Assembly (NCBI GenBank): GCA_937975585.1
Contig: CALJUC010000037.1
Coordinates: 1-49,068 of the forward strand
Source of the DNA: an uncultured Moraxella sp.
Lineage (GTDB): Bacteria; Pseudomonadota; Gammaproteobacteria; Pseudomonadales; Moraxellaceae
Direction: 5' to 3'
DNA length: 49,068 bases
The notes below the pieces were generated by a model. The model saw only the letters and a program-made list of their open reading frames with translations. It ran no database searches and was not told the origin of the DNA. The number at the start of each line of letters is the position of its first letter. The first letter of the stretch is position 1. The position numbers and the translations under genes were made by a program. Positions 11,408 to 22,254 of this stretch are shown here, piece after piece.

Positions 11408-11752
11408 ATGAGCTTACCAGTATGCCCAAAATGTGGCGAAGATTATACGTATCAAGATGGGGATTTGTTGATTTGTCCAATGTGTAGCCACGAATGGCAT
11501 GCAAACGAATTAGAATCTGACAATGACACAGCCGTTATCAAAGACGCGGTCGGCAATGTATTGCAAGATGGTGACAGTGTGACCGTGATTAAGGACTTAA
11601 AGGTAAAAGGCTCAAGCACACCGATTAAAGTGGGTACCAAAGTCAAATCGATTCGCTTGCTGCACGATGCACCCGATGACCATGACATCGACTGCAAAAT
11701 TGAGGGTTTTGGCGCGATGAAACTCAAATCAAGCGTGGTCAAAAAAGCCTGA
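11408..11752 (+). CDS. yjdM: Zinc-ribbon protein YjdM/PhnA family
   Basis: CPKC...CPMCSHEW zinc ribbon; [15 protein letters not shown]; DIDCKI. Confidence 0.92.
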   Translation: MSLPVCPKCGEDYTYQDGDLLICPMCSHEWHANELESDNDTAVIKDAVGNVLQDGDSVTVIKDLKVKGSSTPIKVGTKVKSIRLLHDAPDDHDIDCKIEGFGAMKLKSSVVKKA

Positions 11753-13959
11753 TGACTGATACGCAAGTAGAACCAATCGTGACATATGGTGTGTTTGGCA
11801 AGGGTATGCTCAAGAACAATGCCCAGTTACAGGCGTTTTTGCAAGCCTATAATGGACAGGATGCGCAGGTCAAACGTGTGTATCCCTTGCTTTCAACCAC
11901 CGATGGTGTCACGGCAATGCTTGGCTGGGGGCGAAAAAAAAGCTACCACCGCGCGAGCCGTTTTGCTTTGCGTCATCAGATGCAAATGCTCACCCTTGAA
12001 GATGGCTTTTTGCGCTCTCTAGATAGCGGTAAGTCTAGCCGCCATGCCTGTAGTATGGTTGTCGACCCGATTGGGATTTATTTCGATGCCAAAGCGCCTT
12101 CCTATCTTGAACAGTTGATTATCACCAGTCGTTTAACCCACGAGCAACAGCAACGCGCTGAACGTTTGATCGCTACGATCACCCACGAACGTCTATCCAA
12201 ATACAATTCCACCGCCAAAACAGGCACATTGACTGGACTTGACTTTTCAGCCGCTGAGCATGTGCTACTGATTGACCAAGTGGCAGGTGATCAATCCATT
12301 GCGGGTGCCGGTGCCAGTAAAAAAAGCTTTGCCAAAATGCTAAAAGCCGCGCAGCGTCAATATCCCAATGCGCAGTTATGGGTCAAAGCACACCCAGCGG
12401 GCAAGTTAGGGTATTTAACGGAACTTAAGCTGCCGCCATCGGTACGGGTGATTAGTACCACGGTTAATCCACTTGAGTTACTTGAGCGCATAGATGCGGT
12501 GTATACGGTCAGTTCGCACATGGGCTTTGAGGCATTAATGCTCGGTAAGGCAGTGCATTGCTTTGGCGTACCCTGGTACTCGGGATGGGGGTTGACGGAC
12601 GATAGCCAAGCACCAAGTAAAGTTTACCAACAAGCCTATCAGCGTCGTGAGGCATTACTTAAGCCGAACTTAGCACAGCTATTTACCGCCTGTTATCTGC
12701 GTTATAGTCAATATGTCGATCCAGCGACTGGCCGGGCGTGCCAAATTGAGCCAGTACTAGATTGGCTAATCACCAACCGCCATTGGCGCGATAAATTACC
12801 GCATGATTTAACCGTTTATGAATTAAGTTTTTGGAAATACGGGTTTTTAAAGGCATTCTTGGCGACCAGTCAGGCGGCATTATTTTTTAAGCCAAAATTT
12901 AAACTCAAAACCGCGCTGAATCCAAAGCAAGTCAGCTTTCCAAAAACCGAACCGTTTTTAGTATGGGGCTTTGCCAAAAAGCGACAACTGGCGCGAAAAC
13001 TTCATAATACCGCCACACCGATTTGGTGTATGGAAGATGGGTTTATTCGCTCGAATGGTTTGGGTGCAAGCTTGATTGAGCCATTGTCTGTGGTGCTAGA
13101 TCAAAGTGGTATTTATTATAACGCCACCGAGCCAAGTGATTTAGAGCAGTTATTACAAGTTCAACCCGTGTTAACGACCGAACAGCATACACGCGTTCAA
13201 GCCTTGATAACGCGTTTACTGGCGCAGCAAGTTAGCAAGTATAATGTCGGTATTCATCAACCGCTTAATATTAAGCGCACCGATAGCAAGCAGCCGATTA
13301 TTTTGGTGGTTGGCCAGGTGGAAGATGATATGTCGGTCAAGTTATGCGCCAGCGATATCACCACTAATCTCGCCTTGCTACAGCGCGTGCGTACAGATAA
13401 CCCAGACGCTTATATCATTTATAAGCCACATCCCGATGTCGAAGCCGGCTTACGCACTGGCAAAATCGCGGCGCGTGATATGCAACGTCATGCCGACCAA
13501 GTGGTGACAGATATCGCCATGCCCGTGTGTTTAGCGGCAGTTGATGCCGTACATACGATGAGTTCTTTGACAGGATTTGAAGCGTTATTACGAGGGTTGG
13601 CAGTGACTTGCTATGGTCTACCATTTTATGCAGGGTGGGGACTGACCACGGATAAAGCGCAAAACGCGGTAGCTGAACAAGCCAAACAGCGCCGCGCCCG
13701 CACGCAAGCGTTAAGCTTAACCCAGTTGGTATATGCGACCTTAATTGATTACCCGTTGTACCGCGTACCCCAGGGTTATGGGTTGGCACAAGTTGAACAG
13801 GTCATTGACTATCTATACCCAACTAGCGTGGATGACCAAGTCAATGCGGTTCAACCGTCTGCCAAATCGTCCTTTACCCAGCAGGCTAAATTAAAACTGA
13901 TGCAGACGCGGCAACGCATAAAACGACGATTGCCAAAAGCCGATGCCAACGATGCATAA
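11752..13959 (+). CDS. kpsC: Capsular polysaccharide beta-Kdo transferase KpsC/LipA (two GT domains)
   Basis: Duplicated motifs EDGF(L/I)RS, SKYN, QVxxDxS, KxHP, SxxGFEAL and YxGWGLTxD. Confidence 0.92.
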   Translation: MTDTQVEPIVTYGVFGKGMLKNNAQLQAFLQAYNGQDAQVKRVYPLLSTTDGVTAMLGWGRKKSYHRASRFALRHQMQMLTLEDGFLRSLDSGKSSRHACSMVVDPIGIYFDAKAPSYLEQLIITSRLTHEQQQRAERLIATITHERLSKYNSTAKTGTLTGLDFSAAEHVLLIDQVAGDQSIAGAGASKKSFAKMLKAAQRQYPNAQLWVKAHPAGKLGYLTELKLPPSVRVISTTVNPLELLERIDAVYTVSSHMGFEALMLGKAVHCFGVPWYSGWGLTDDSQAPSKVYQQAYQRREALLKPNLAQLFTACYLRYSQYVDPATGRACQIEPVLDWLITNRHWRDKLPHDLTVYELSFWKYGFLKAFLATSQAALFFKPKFKLKTALNPKQVSFPKTEPFLVWGFAKKRQLARKLHNTATPIWCMEDGFIRSNGLGASLIEPLSVVLDQSGIYYNATEPSDLEQLLQVQPVLTTEQHTRVQALITRLLAQQVSKYNVGIHQPLNIKRTDSKQPIILVVGQVEDDMSVKLCASDITTNLALLQRVRTDNPDAYIIYKPHPDVEAGLRTGKIAARDMQRHADQVVTDIAMPVCLAAVDAVHTMSSLTGFEALLRGLAVTCYGLPFYAGWGLTTDKAQNAVAEQAKQRRARTQALSLTQLVYATLIDYPLYRVPQGYGLAQVEQVIDYLYPTSVDDQVNAVQPSAKSSFTQQAKLKLMQTRQRIKRRLPKADANDA

Positions 13960-14034
13960 ATTATCACTTAGCCAATAGCGTATATACAGTCCAGTTAGTT
14001 AACCAACATCAAGACCAAACCATGAGGGAAAAGT

Positions 14035-15243
14035 ATGGCAGCATCCATGCGGCGCTTACTGACGCACCAACATGTCCTGTTAATCCAAGGAAAAATGGGC
14101 TCATTTTTTAGCCGATTTTCAGGATTTTTGCAGGCATCGGGGATGATTGTCAGCAAGATTAATTTAAATGCCGGGGATGCATTTTTTTATCAGCATACCA
14201 ACCATGTCTATAACTATAAAGACACTTTAGCCAATTTCCCTGACTATATTACCCGGCTGATTGCCGATGAACATATCGATGCGGTGGTGTGTTTTGGGGA
14301 TTGTCGTCCCCATCATGCGATTGCAGCGCAAGTCTGTAAGCGAGATGGCATTTCGTTTTTTGTGTTCGAAGAGGGTTATCTGCGCCCTGATTATATTACC
14401 TTGCAAGAGGGGGGTATTAACGGTAATTCACAACTTGATACGCGTGAAATCCGTGAATTGCCAAAGGCCAATGACAAGCCGTTACCGACCTTTAACCGGT
14501 TTTATCGTTTGTGTTGGGCGGCTGTGGTGTATTACATCATGGTCAAAGCCAAAGCCCGTGAATACCCGCACTATCAGCATTACCGTGGCATGAGTGCTTG
14601 GCAAGAAGCGTTAACGTGGGTCAAAGCACCGTTGATTAAGGCAAAAGGCTATCGTGCCGATAAACAACTGGAACAGCGCTTAAAGACTGAGCTGACAGAA
14701 CAGTATTTTTTGGTGAGCTTGCAAGTCTATAACGATTCGCAAATTACCTTTCACAGTGATTATGTCGATATTGTGGATTTTATTGATGAGGTGATGAGCA
14801 GTTTTGCGGCACATGCGCCTGCGTATGTACATTTGGTATTTAAACATCACCCATTAGACCGCGCCCATCGTCAGTATGGGCCAGTGATTGCCGGACTCGC
14901 CACCAAACTTGGCATTGCCACGCGTGTGCATTATGGATGTGATATGCATCTGCCGACCTTAATTCGTGACAGCTTGGGTATGGTGACTATCAATAGCACC
15001 ACGGGCCTACAATCGATTTATCACCGTAAACCGACCAAAACCATGGGCCGCGCGATTTATAATATTGACAATCTTACCGACCAACAGCCGTTGGATAGCT
15101 TTTGGCAAAACCCAAAAACACCGGATAATAGCTTTTATCAGCGTTTTCGTGAATACTTGATTGAGCAAACCCAGCTCAACGGCTCATTTTATGGTAAGTC
15201 GCCTTGGGTAGATAAGTATTTAACCAATAATCTATCTGCTTAA
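14035..15243 (+). CDS. kpsS: Capsular polysaccharide beta-Kdo transferase KpsS/LipB
   Basis: FEEGYLRPDYITL, LQVYNDSQI, FKHHPLDR, TINSTTGL, TQLNGSFY. Confidence 0.92.
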   Translation: MAASMRRLLTHQHVLLIQGKMGSFFSRFSGFLQASGMIVSKINLNAGDAFFYQHTNHVYNYKDTLANFPDYITRLIADEHIDAVVCFGDCRPHHAIAAQVCKRDGISFFVFEEGYLRPDYITLQEGGINGNSQLDTREIRELPKANDKPLPTFNRFYRLCWAAVVYYIMVKAKAREYPHYQHYRGMSAWQEALTWVKAPLIKAKGYRADKQLEQRLKTELTEQYFLVSLQVYNDSQITFHSDYVDIVDFIDEVMSSFAAHAPAYVHLVFKHHPLDRAHRQYGPVIAGLATKLGIATRVHYGCDMHLPTLIRDSLGMVTINSTTGLQSIYHRKPTKTMGRAIYNIDNLTDQQPLDSFWQNPKTPDNSFYQRFREYLIEQTQLNGSFYGKSPWVDKYLTNNLSA

Positions 15244-15413
15244 TACTCGCTTCAACGGCAGAGTAAAGCATCGGCTATCTAGCGGCTTTTATTCAGCGTC
15301 ATGCGTTTAGTAGTAGGTGATTGGCAAAAAATACGCTACAATAAGACCCATTTTGACATACGATTTTATTTTGTCTGTGCTTGTATCACAGACGCTCAGT
15401 TAGCACTTAGTAG

Positions 15414-17225
15414 GTGATTGTGACCGCATTATCTAATATCCGTAATTTTTCGATTATCGCCCATATTGACCACGGTAAATCGACATTGGCCGATCGCATT
15501 ATTCAAATGTGTGGCGGGTTAGATGCCCGTGAAATGCAGGCGCAAGTGCTTGACTCGATGGACATCGAGCGTGAGCGTGGTATTACCATTAAAGCACAAT
15601 CGGTAACCTTGTATTACGACCACCCAAATGGTGAAAAGTACCAGTTTAACTTTATCGACACACCCGGTCACGTTGACTTCTCATACGAGGTTTCACGCTC
15701 ATTGGCCGCGTGTGAAGGCGCTTTGTTAGTTGTCGATGCCGCGCAAGGCGTTGAGGCGCAGTCGGTTGCCAACTGCTATACCGCGATTGAACAAGGTCTT
15801 GAAGTATTGCCGATATTGAACAAAATCGACTTACCGCAAGTTGACCCTGAGCGCGTGATTCAAGAAATCGAAGATATTATCGGTATTGAAGCGGTGGATG
15901 CACCTCGCGTATCGGCAAAAACAGGCGTGGGCGTTGATGACTTACTCCAAGCGATTGTCGAAAAAATCCCAGCACCAACCGGTGACCGTGAGGCGCCACT
16001 GCAAGCCTTGATTATCGACTCTTGGTTCGACAACTACTTGGGCGTTGTGTCATTGGTACGTGTGCGCCAAGGTACCCTCAAAAAAGACGATAAAATCTAT
16101 ATCAAATCGACCAAAATGTCGCATCCGGTGACATCAATTGGTGTGTTTACGCCAAAGTCAATGGAAACCAATAAGCTTGAAGCCGGTGAAGTGGGCTTTG
16201 TGATTGCGGGTATTAAAGACATTGGCGGTGCGCCAGTTGGTGACACCATCACCCATGCAAAGACCCCTGATGTCGATAGTATCCCAGGTTTCCAAAAAGT
16301 CAAACCACAGGTGTATGCGGGTCTATTCCCGGTCGATTCAAGCGACTTTGAAGCCTTCCGCGAAGCCTTGCAAAAATTACAAATCAATGACGCGGCACTG
16401 TTCTTTGAGCCGGATACCTCAGATGCGTTGGGCTTTGGTTTCCGTTGTGGTTTCTTGGGTATGCTCCATATGGAAATCATCCAAGAACGCCTCGAGCGCG
16501 AGTATGACTTGGATTTGATTACCACCGCACCGACCGTTATTTATGAAATTAAAAAACGCGGTGGTGAAGTCGTACAGATTGATAACCCATCGAAGCTACC
16601 AGACCCAGGCACGATTGAAGAATTCCGCGAGCCAATTGCGCGCTGTAATATCCTCGTGCCACAAGATTATCTTGGTAACGTGATGACGCTTTGTATTGAG
16701 CGTCGCGGTGTCCAAGTCGATATGAAGTTTATGGCCAACCAAGTGCAGCTCACCTTTGACATTCCAATGGGTGAAGTCGTCATGGACTTTTTTGACCGCT
16801 TAAAATCTGTATCACGCGGTTTTGCGTCACTCGATTATAGCTTTGACCGCTTTGAAAAGGACCGTTTGGTGAAGGTTGATGTGTTGATTAATGGCGAAAA
16901 AGTTGACGCGCTAGCCATGATTTGCCATGCAGACCAAGCGCGTTACCGTGGTAACCAGTTAGTCGAAAAAATGAAAGAATTGATTCCACGTCAGATGTTT
17001 GATGTGGCGATTCAAGCAGCGATTGGTAGCCAAATTATCGCGCGCAGTACCGTCAAAGCCATGCGCAAAGACGTCTTGGCCAAGTGTTATGGCGGTGACG
17101 TATCGCGTAAGAAAAAATTGCTATCGAAGCAAAAAGAAGGTAAAAAGCGCATGAAGCAAGTGGGTCGCGTTGAGATTCCACAAGAAGCCTTCTTAGCGGT
17201 ACTCAAAGTCGATAACCAATCATAA
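15414..17225 (+). CDS. lepA: Elongation factor 4
   Basis: [48 protein letters not shown]. The GTG start is at 15414 or 15420. Confidence 0.97.
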   Translation: MIVTALSNIRNFSIIAHIDHGKSTLADRIIQMCGGLDAREMQAQVLDSMDIERERGITIKAQSVTLYYDHPNGEKYQFNFIDTPGHVDFSYEVSRSLAACEGALLVVDAAQGVEAQSVANCYTAIEQGLEVLPILNKIDLPQVDPERVIQEIEDIIGIEAVDAPRVSAKTGVGVDDLLQAIVEKIPAPTGDREAPLQALIIDSWFDNYLGVVSLVRVRQGTLKKDDKIYIKSTKMSHPVTSIGVFTPKSMETNKLEAGEVGFVIAGIKDIGGAPVGDTITHAKTPDVDSIPGFQKVKPQVYAGLFPVDSSDFEAFREALQKLQINDAALFFEPDTSDALGFGFRCGFLGMLHMEIIQERLEREYDLDLITTAPTVIYEIKKRGGEVVQIDNPSKLPDPGTIEEFREPIARCNILVPQDYLGNVMTLCIERRGVQVDMKFMANQVQLTFDIPMGEVVMDFFDRLKSVSRGFASLDYSFDRFEKDRLVKVDVLINGEKVDALAMICHADQARYRGNQLVEKMKELIPRQMFDVAIQAAIGSQIIARSTVKAMRKDVLAKCYGGDVSRKKKLLSKQKEGKKRMKQVGRVEIPQEAFLAVLKVDNQS

Positions 17226-17234
17226 AGGTGTTTC

Positions 17235-18140
17235 ATGGATTTTGACTTTAATCTCATACTTGTACCAGCGACGCTGATTTTAGGTGCGATTTGGTTGCTT
17301 GATAAATTGGTGTTGAAGCAGCGAAAGACCCAAGGCCTAGAAAAATCAAGCGCGCCAGTACGTTGGGCGTATGACTTTTTCCCGATTTTGGCTGTGGTGT
17401 TGGTGGTACGCTCATTTTTGGTTGAGCCATTTAACATCCCATCCTCTTCGATGGTGCCAACGCTCTATACAGGCGATTTTATCGCGGTTAATAAGTACGC
17501 CTATGGTATCCGTTTACCGCTTGTGAATGCCAAAGTCATTGATGTGGGTTCGCCACAACGTGGTGACGTGGCGGTATTTCGCTACCCAGAAAACCCAAAG
17601 ATTTATTATATCAAGCGCGTGATTGGGGTAGGCGGCGACACGGTGAGTTTTAATAACGGCCAACTGCGTGTGAATGGTCAACCGATTGCCACCACGCCGG
17701 TGGACTTTACGCCTGACCCGAATATGACGGCACAGCTTTATCCTGCTGGTAAAACTGAAATGGGGCAGTCATTGACACCCCAAGAGGCGGCACAATTGGG
17801 GATAACCGAAGAACAAACCGCGCAGTACGTACAAGAATCCCCAAGCGCTGAGCATACGCACACGGTACGTTATTTGGGTGATAAAGTTTGGTACCAGTAT
17901 GCGAGTTTTTTACAGCAAGCTGACCCGCAAATCAACACAAGCCAAGGCAAACAATGGCAAGTTACCGTACCCCAAGGGCAGTATTTTGTGATGGGTGACA
18001 ACCGTGACCGCAGTGCCGATAGCCGTTTTTGGGGGTTTGTGCCTGATGAGAACCTAGCCGGTAAAGCCGTGTATGTGTGGATGCACAAACCGGGTGGTTT
18101 GACCATGCCATCGTTCGCACGTAATGGCGCGATTCATTGA
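17235..18140 (+). CDS. lepB: Signal peptidase I
   Basis: IPSSSMVPTL (catalytic Ser), YIKRVIG (Lys), GDNRDRSADSRFWG. Confidence 0.97.
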   Translation: MDFDFNLILVPATLILGAIWLLDKLVLKQRKTQGLEKSSAPVRWAYDFFPILAVVLVVRSFLVEPFNIPSSSMVPTLYTGDFIAVNKYAYGIRLPLVNAKVIDVGSPQRGDVAVFRYPENPKIYYIKRVIGVGGDTVSFNNGQLRVNGQPIATTPVDFTPDPNMTAQLYPAGKTEMGQSLTPQEAAQLGITEEQTAQYVQESPSAEHTHTVRYLGDKVWYQYASFLQQADPQINTSQGKQWQVTVPQGQYFVMGDNRDRSADSRFWGFVPDENLAGKAVYVWMHKPGGLTMPSFARNGAIH

Positions 18141-18233
18141 TTTTGATTGATGAATATTGATAAATTGACTCAATCAGCATAGCACATCCGCAGGTGCTTA
18201 CGATATTAACGATCCATCGATGGGAGACCTAAT

Positions 18234-18626
18234 ATGAATTTACCCAGTCAACAACGCGGCATGAGTGTCACCATGATGATGGTGGTGATTATGTTAGTTG
18301 TTGTGTGTGCCAAACTTGGACTTGCCATCATTCCTGCACAAGTGGGACATTATCAGCTAAAAAAATCGTTGGCATTTGAGCTTAAAAAAGCCAATGACAA
18401 TAAAGAATCACCGAAAGATTTTATTAGTAATGTCGCCCAGCAATGGAACATCAATGGTTTTGACCAAAAGCCAGAAGATGTTATTACCATTACAGACAAT
18501 GTGCCAGGTGCTTTATCTATTAACCTAAAGTACGAACAGGCGAACAACTTTTTTGGTAATGTCGATATTCTTAATCGCTTTGATGATACGATTACCGCAG
18601 AAGATGCTAAAGTTGCCACCCCTTAA
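18234..18626 (+). CDS. DUF4845-like protein with pilin-like N-terminus
   Basis: QRGMS plus a hydrophobic helix; lies between lepB and rnc, as DUF4845 genes typically do. Confidence 0.75.
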   Translation: MNLPSQQRGMSVTMMMVVIMLVVVCAKLGLAIIPAQVGHYQLKKSLAFELKKANDNKESPKDFISNVAQQWNINGFDQKPEDVITITDNVPGALSINLKYEQANNFFGNVDILNRFDDTITAEDAKVATP

Positions 18627-18662
18627 TTACCCCATTTTTACTAACCAAATTACGATAACTGA

Positions 18663-19430
18663 ATGACGGATTTCCCGACCATACCTGCGTTTGACCTAAA
18701 AAAACTGCCACCCCAAACCCGGCAGTTAACCGCTTTGTTCTATCAAATGGGTTATCACTTTACCAATATCAATCTACCGATATTGGCATTGACCCATCGC
18801 TCGTTTGATAGTGAATATAATTATGAGCGTTTGGAGTTTTTGGGTGATGCGCTACTGGGTGTGGTGATTGCTGAAGCGTTATTTTTGCGTCATCCTGAGT
18901 TCGATGAGGGTCGGCTGACGCGCATGCGAGCAAGCTTGGTGCGAGAGGCGACCTTGGTGATTATCGCCAAGCAGCTTAAGTTGTCAGACTATCTGATTTT
19001 GGGCGTGGGCGAGCGCAAGGGTGGTGGGCGCCAACGCGCATCGATTTTGGCAGATAGTGTTGAAGCGTTGATTGGGGCGATTTATCTGGATAGCGGTAGC
19101 TTTGATACCGTCAAGCAGTGCGTGCTCAACTGGTTTAGTGATTTGTTTGAGCAAGTGCAAGAGCAAAAAGTGCTAAAAGACGCCAAAAGCCGCCTGCAAG
19201 AATTATTACAGGCGCATCAACTTCCCTTACCACGTTATACCCTGATTGATACTGAGGGTAATGCCCCGCATCAAATATTTACCGTGAGCTGTGATGTATC
19301 ACTCAACCTTGCCGACCCCGCAAGTTTAGAGCAAGTCGTTGCCCAAGGCGAAAGTCGACGTATCGCAGAGCAACGCGGTGCTGAGCAAATGCTACAATGC
19401 ATTAGCGAAAAACTGCCGCCGCTACGCTGA
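18663..19430 (+). CDS. rnc: Ribonuclease III
   Basis: ALTHRS, ERLEFLGDA, ADSVEALIGAIYLD, dsRBD KDAKSRLQE. Confidence 0.97.
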   Translation: MTDFPTIPAFDLKKLPPQTRQLTALFYQMGYHFTNINLPILALTHRSFDSEYNYERLEFLGDALLGVVIAEALFLRHPEFDEGRLTRMRASLVREATLVIIAKQLKLSDYLILGVGERKGGGRQRASILADSVEALIGAIYLDSGSFDTVKQCVLNWFSDLFEQVQEQKVLKDAKSRLQELLQAHQLPLPRYTLIDTEGNAPHQIFTVSCDVSLNLADPASLEQVVAQGESRRIAEQRGAEQMLQCISEKLPPLR

Positions 19431-19488
19431 TGGTCTTTTATTACACCTACACCTTCCATAATCAATGCCAAGAATTGTAACCCTTGCA

Positions 19489-19517
19489 TTGAAAGCCATT
19501 GGCAAACCGCCTATACT
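19489..19517 (+). promoter_or_regulatory. Candidate internal sigma70 promoter for era-recO-pdxJ
   Basis: TTGAAA-17 bp-TATACT in the rnc-era gap. Confidence 0.6.
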
Positions 19518-19606
19518 TTTAGCTAATTTCTACATTTATTTATCCATTTTTTCTGATTAATAAAGTTGTCCCGTGTGATAAAGCGGGTCTAACTTGGAAT
19601 TTATTT

Positions 19607-20647
19607 ATGACCCAATCGTCAAACCCTGATATCGAACTTGATCACGCTAACACGCAATCAACCGATAGCAACCAAGACCTCATTGCCCAGTTTTTTAATG
19701 CTGAGGACGAAGCAGCGCCAGAACGTGCCGAAGATTTTCGTACTGGCTATGTGGCGATTGTTGGCCGTCCGAACGTTGGTAAATCAACCTTGATGAACCA
19801 CGTGCTTGGGCAAAAACTCTCGATTACCTCGCGTAAACCCCAAACCACACGTCATCGTATCATGGGCATTTATACCGATCATGAGATGCAAGCGATTTTT
19901 GTGGACACCCCTGGTATTCATGGTAAAGAAGTGCGCGCGATTAATGAGCGCATGAACAAAGCGGCAACCTCTGCGTTGGTGGATGTCGATGCCGTGTTAT
20001 TTGTCGTTGATGGGCTAAAATGGGTCAGTGATGACGAATTAGTATTTGCCAAATTACAAAATCTATCAGTGCCAGTTATTGCCGTGGTCAATAAAAGCGA
20101 CACCATCAAAGACCAAGCGCAAATGTTTGGTGTGTTACAAAAACTGCATGACACCCAAGTATTTAGCGATATCGTGCCCGTGTCTGCCCTTCGCGGTCAC
20201 AACCTTGATGAGTTATTACATGTGATTGGCAAGTATTTACCAGTGGCAGAGCCGATTTTTGATGCCGAACAAGTTACTGACCGTTCAGAGCGCTTTTTGG
20301 CCAGTGAAATGATTCGTGAAAAAGTCATGCGTAGCTCAGGAGATGAGATTCCTTATGACTTGACTGTACAGATTGATACCTTCAAAGATGAGCCTGCGCA
20401 CCAAGACCCAAAAACTGGCAAATGGCGTAAAGCAGTGACCTTTATTGATGCGACAATTTTTGTCGAGCGTCAAGGTCAAAAAGCCATCGTTATCGGTGAT
20501 AAGGGCGAAAAAATTAAACAAATCGGTATCGAAGCGCGCCAAGATATGGAAGCCATGTTTGGCAAAAAAGTTATGTTGACGCTTTGGGTCAAAGTCAAAA
20601 AAGGCTGGTCAGATGATGACCGTGCATTGACGAGCCTAGGTTATTGA
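19607..20647 (+). CDS. era: GTPase Era
   Basis: GRPNVGKSTL, DTPG, NKSD, KH domain VIGDKGEKIK. Confidence 0.97.
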   Translation: MTQSSNPDIELDHANTQSTDSNQDLIAQFFNAEDEAAPERAEDFRTGYVAIVGRPNVGKSTLMNHVLGQKLSITSRKPQTTRHRIMGIYTDHEMQAIFVDTPGIHGKEVRAINERMNKAATSALVDVDAVLFVVDGLKWVSDDELVFAKLQNLSVPVIAVVNKSDTIKDQAQMFGVLQKLHDTQVFSDIVPVSALRGHNLDELLHVIGKYLPVAEPIFDAEQVTDRSERFLASEMIREKVMRSSGDEIPYDLTVQIDTFKDEPAHQDPKTGKWRKAVTFIDATIFVERQGQKAIVIGDKGEKIKQIGIEARQDMEAMFGKKVMLTLWVKVKKGWSDDDRALTSLGY

Positions 20648-20656
20648 TGAACGCTT

Positions 20657-21460
20657 ATGCGTAATCAGGCATTAACCGGCTATGTTCTACACCAAGCTGC
20701 GTATGGCGAAAGTCGCAGCTTGATTTATTTGTTTAGTCAAGAATTCGGTATGATTCACGGTTTGGGTAAAAAGAACTTACCACTATTCATGCCGATATCG
20801 CTGTTTGCCAATGGTAAGAAATCACTCAAAACCTTTAGCCAAAGTCAAATTGGTGCGGGAATGAATGCCTGCTTCAACACCTTAACGGGGCAGGGATTAT
20901 TTGCAGGCTTATACCTCAATGAGGTTTTGGTAAAACTACTACCCATTGAGCAGCCAATGCCATTGATTTGGGACAGTTATCAAAACACGATTCAGCAAAT
21001 TGCGACTATATTTACCAAGACTGTGCTTCACAACGCTATAAACAACGATCCGTTGCCCAAACCGCCAGATGATTTGAGCCTACTTAAATTCTTGCTGCGC
21101 CAGTTTGAACACCAATTATTTGATGAATTGGGTTATGGTATTGACTTACATCACGATAGTGTCGGTGACCCTTTAGTATCTACCCAAGCCTATCGCTATC
21201 GGTTGCAACAAGGTTTCGTTCCCATTGCCAGTGAAGACCTTGACCGTCACAGTATAACGGGTCAAATGATTGAACAGTGGCAACAATGGCTAACCACACC
21301 CTTGCAATTCATCAACGACTATCAACAACAACCCACACCAACCAAAGCCCTACTTAATCAAATCAGCCACAGTTATCGGATGGTCATTGATGATTTGTTA
21401 GATTATCAGACATTACAAAGCCGTGAACTGTGGCGCCAACTTAATCAATTATCCATCTAG
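20657..21460 (+). CDS. recO: DNA repair protein RecO
   Basis: GYVLH..YGESRSL, GLYLNEVL, LRQFE, LQSREL; era-recO-pdxJ synteny. Confidence 0.9.
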   Translation: MRNQALTGYVLHQAAYGESRSLIYLFSQEFGMIHGLGKKNLPLFMPISLFANGKKSLKTFSQSQIGAGMNACFNTLTGQGLFAGLYLNEVLVKLLPIEQPMPLIWDSYQNTIQQIATIFTKTVLHNAINNDPLPKPPDDLSLLKFLLRQFEHQLFDELGYGIDLHHDSVGDPLVSTQAYRYRLQQGFVPIASEDLDRHSITGQMIEQWQQWLTTPLQFINDYQQQPTPTKALLNQISHSYRMVIDDLLDYQTLQSRELWRQLNQLSI

Positions 21461-21487
21461 AACGATATAGATAACAAAGGAACTGCC

Positions 21488-22222
21488 ATGCCATTACTCG
21501 GTGTTAATATTGACCACATTGCTACCTTACGCCAAGCTCGCGGTGTCGCTTATCCAGACCCAGTCGCCGGTGCATTGATTTGTGAAAAAGCCGGGGCAAC
21601 TGGCATTACCTTGCACTTGCGCGAAGATCGCCGCCATATCCAAGATGATGATGTGTATCGTTTGGCTGACGTCATGACCACCCGCATGAACCTTGAAATG
21701 GCCGTTACCGATGAGATGGTTGGTATTGCGTGTGAAGTAAAACCAGCTTGGGTGTGCTTGGTGCCAGAAAAGCGCCAAGAATTAACCACCGAAGGCGGAC
21801 TGGATGTAATGAGTCATGCAGAAAAGATCGCAGATGCGATTAATAAATTACACCAAGTGGGTACGCAAGTTTCCCTATTTATTGATCCAAATCCTGAGCA
21901 AATTGCCAAAAGTATTGAGCTTGGCGCCGATGCCATCGAAATCCATACCGGTGCTTATGCCGAACATTGGCTAGAAGGTGGTGAAGCAGCCGCTGCCCCT
22001 GAACTTGCGCGTATCAAGCAAGCCGTTGTCTATGCCAAGCAGCAACGCCCTGAATTACTGGTCAATGCCGGTCATGGTTTGACTCGGGAAAACGTGGCCG
22101 CGATTGCAACGATTGAAGGCATTCATGAATTGAATATCGGTCATGCTATTATTGCCGATAGTGTCTTTATGGGACTCGAAAATGCGGTAAAAGCCATGCA
22201 GCAAGCGTTTAACCCTGCCTAA
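21488..22222 (+). CDS. pdxJ: Pyridoxine 5'-phosphate synthase
   Basis: [36 protein letters not shown]. Confidence 0.98.
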   Translation: MPLLGVNIDHIATLRQARGVAYPDPVAGALICEKAGATGITLHLREDRRHIQDDDVYRLADVMTTRMNLEMAVTDEMVGIACEVKPAWVCLVPEKRQELTTEGGLDVMSHAEKIADAINKLHQVGTQVSLFIDPNPEQIAKSIELGADAIEIHTGAYAEHWLEGGEAAAAPELARIKQAVVYAKQQRPELLVNAGHGLTRENVAAIATIEGIHELNIGHAIIADSVFMGLENAVKAMQQAFNPA

Positions 22223-22254
22223 TTCTCGCCGCCTTAACCAAATCGTGAATGAGG

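Noticed and set aside
18144-18198. Hairpins upstream of DUF4845-rnc as an RNase III autoregulation site
   Set aside because: The stems are short (5-7 bp) and AT-rich, too weak to support the claim.
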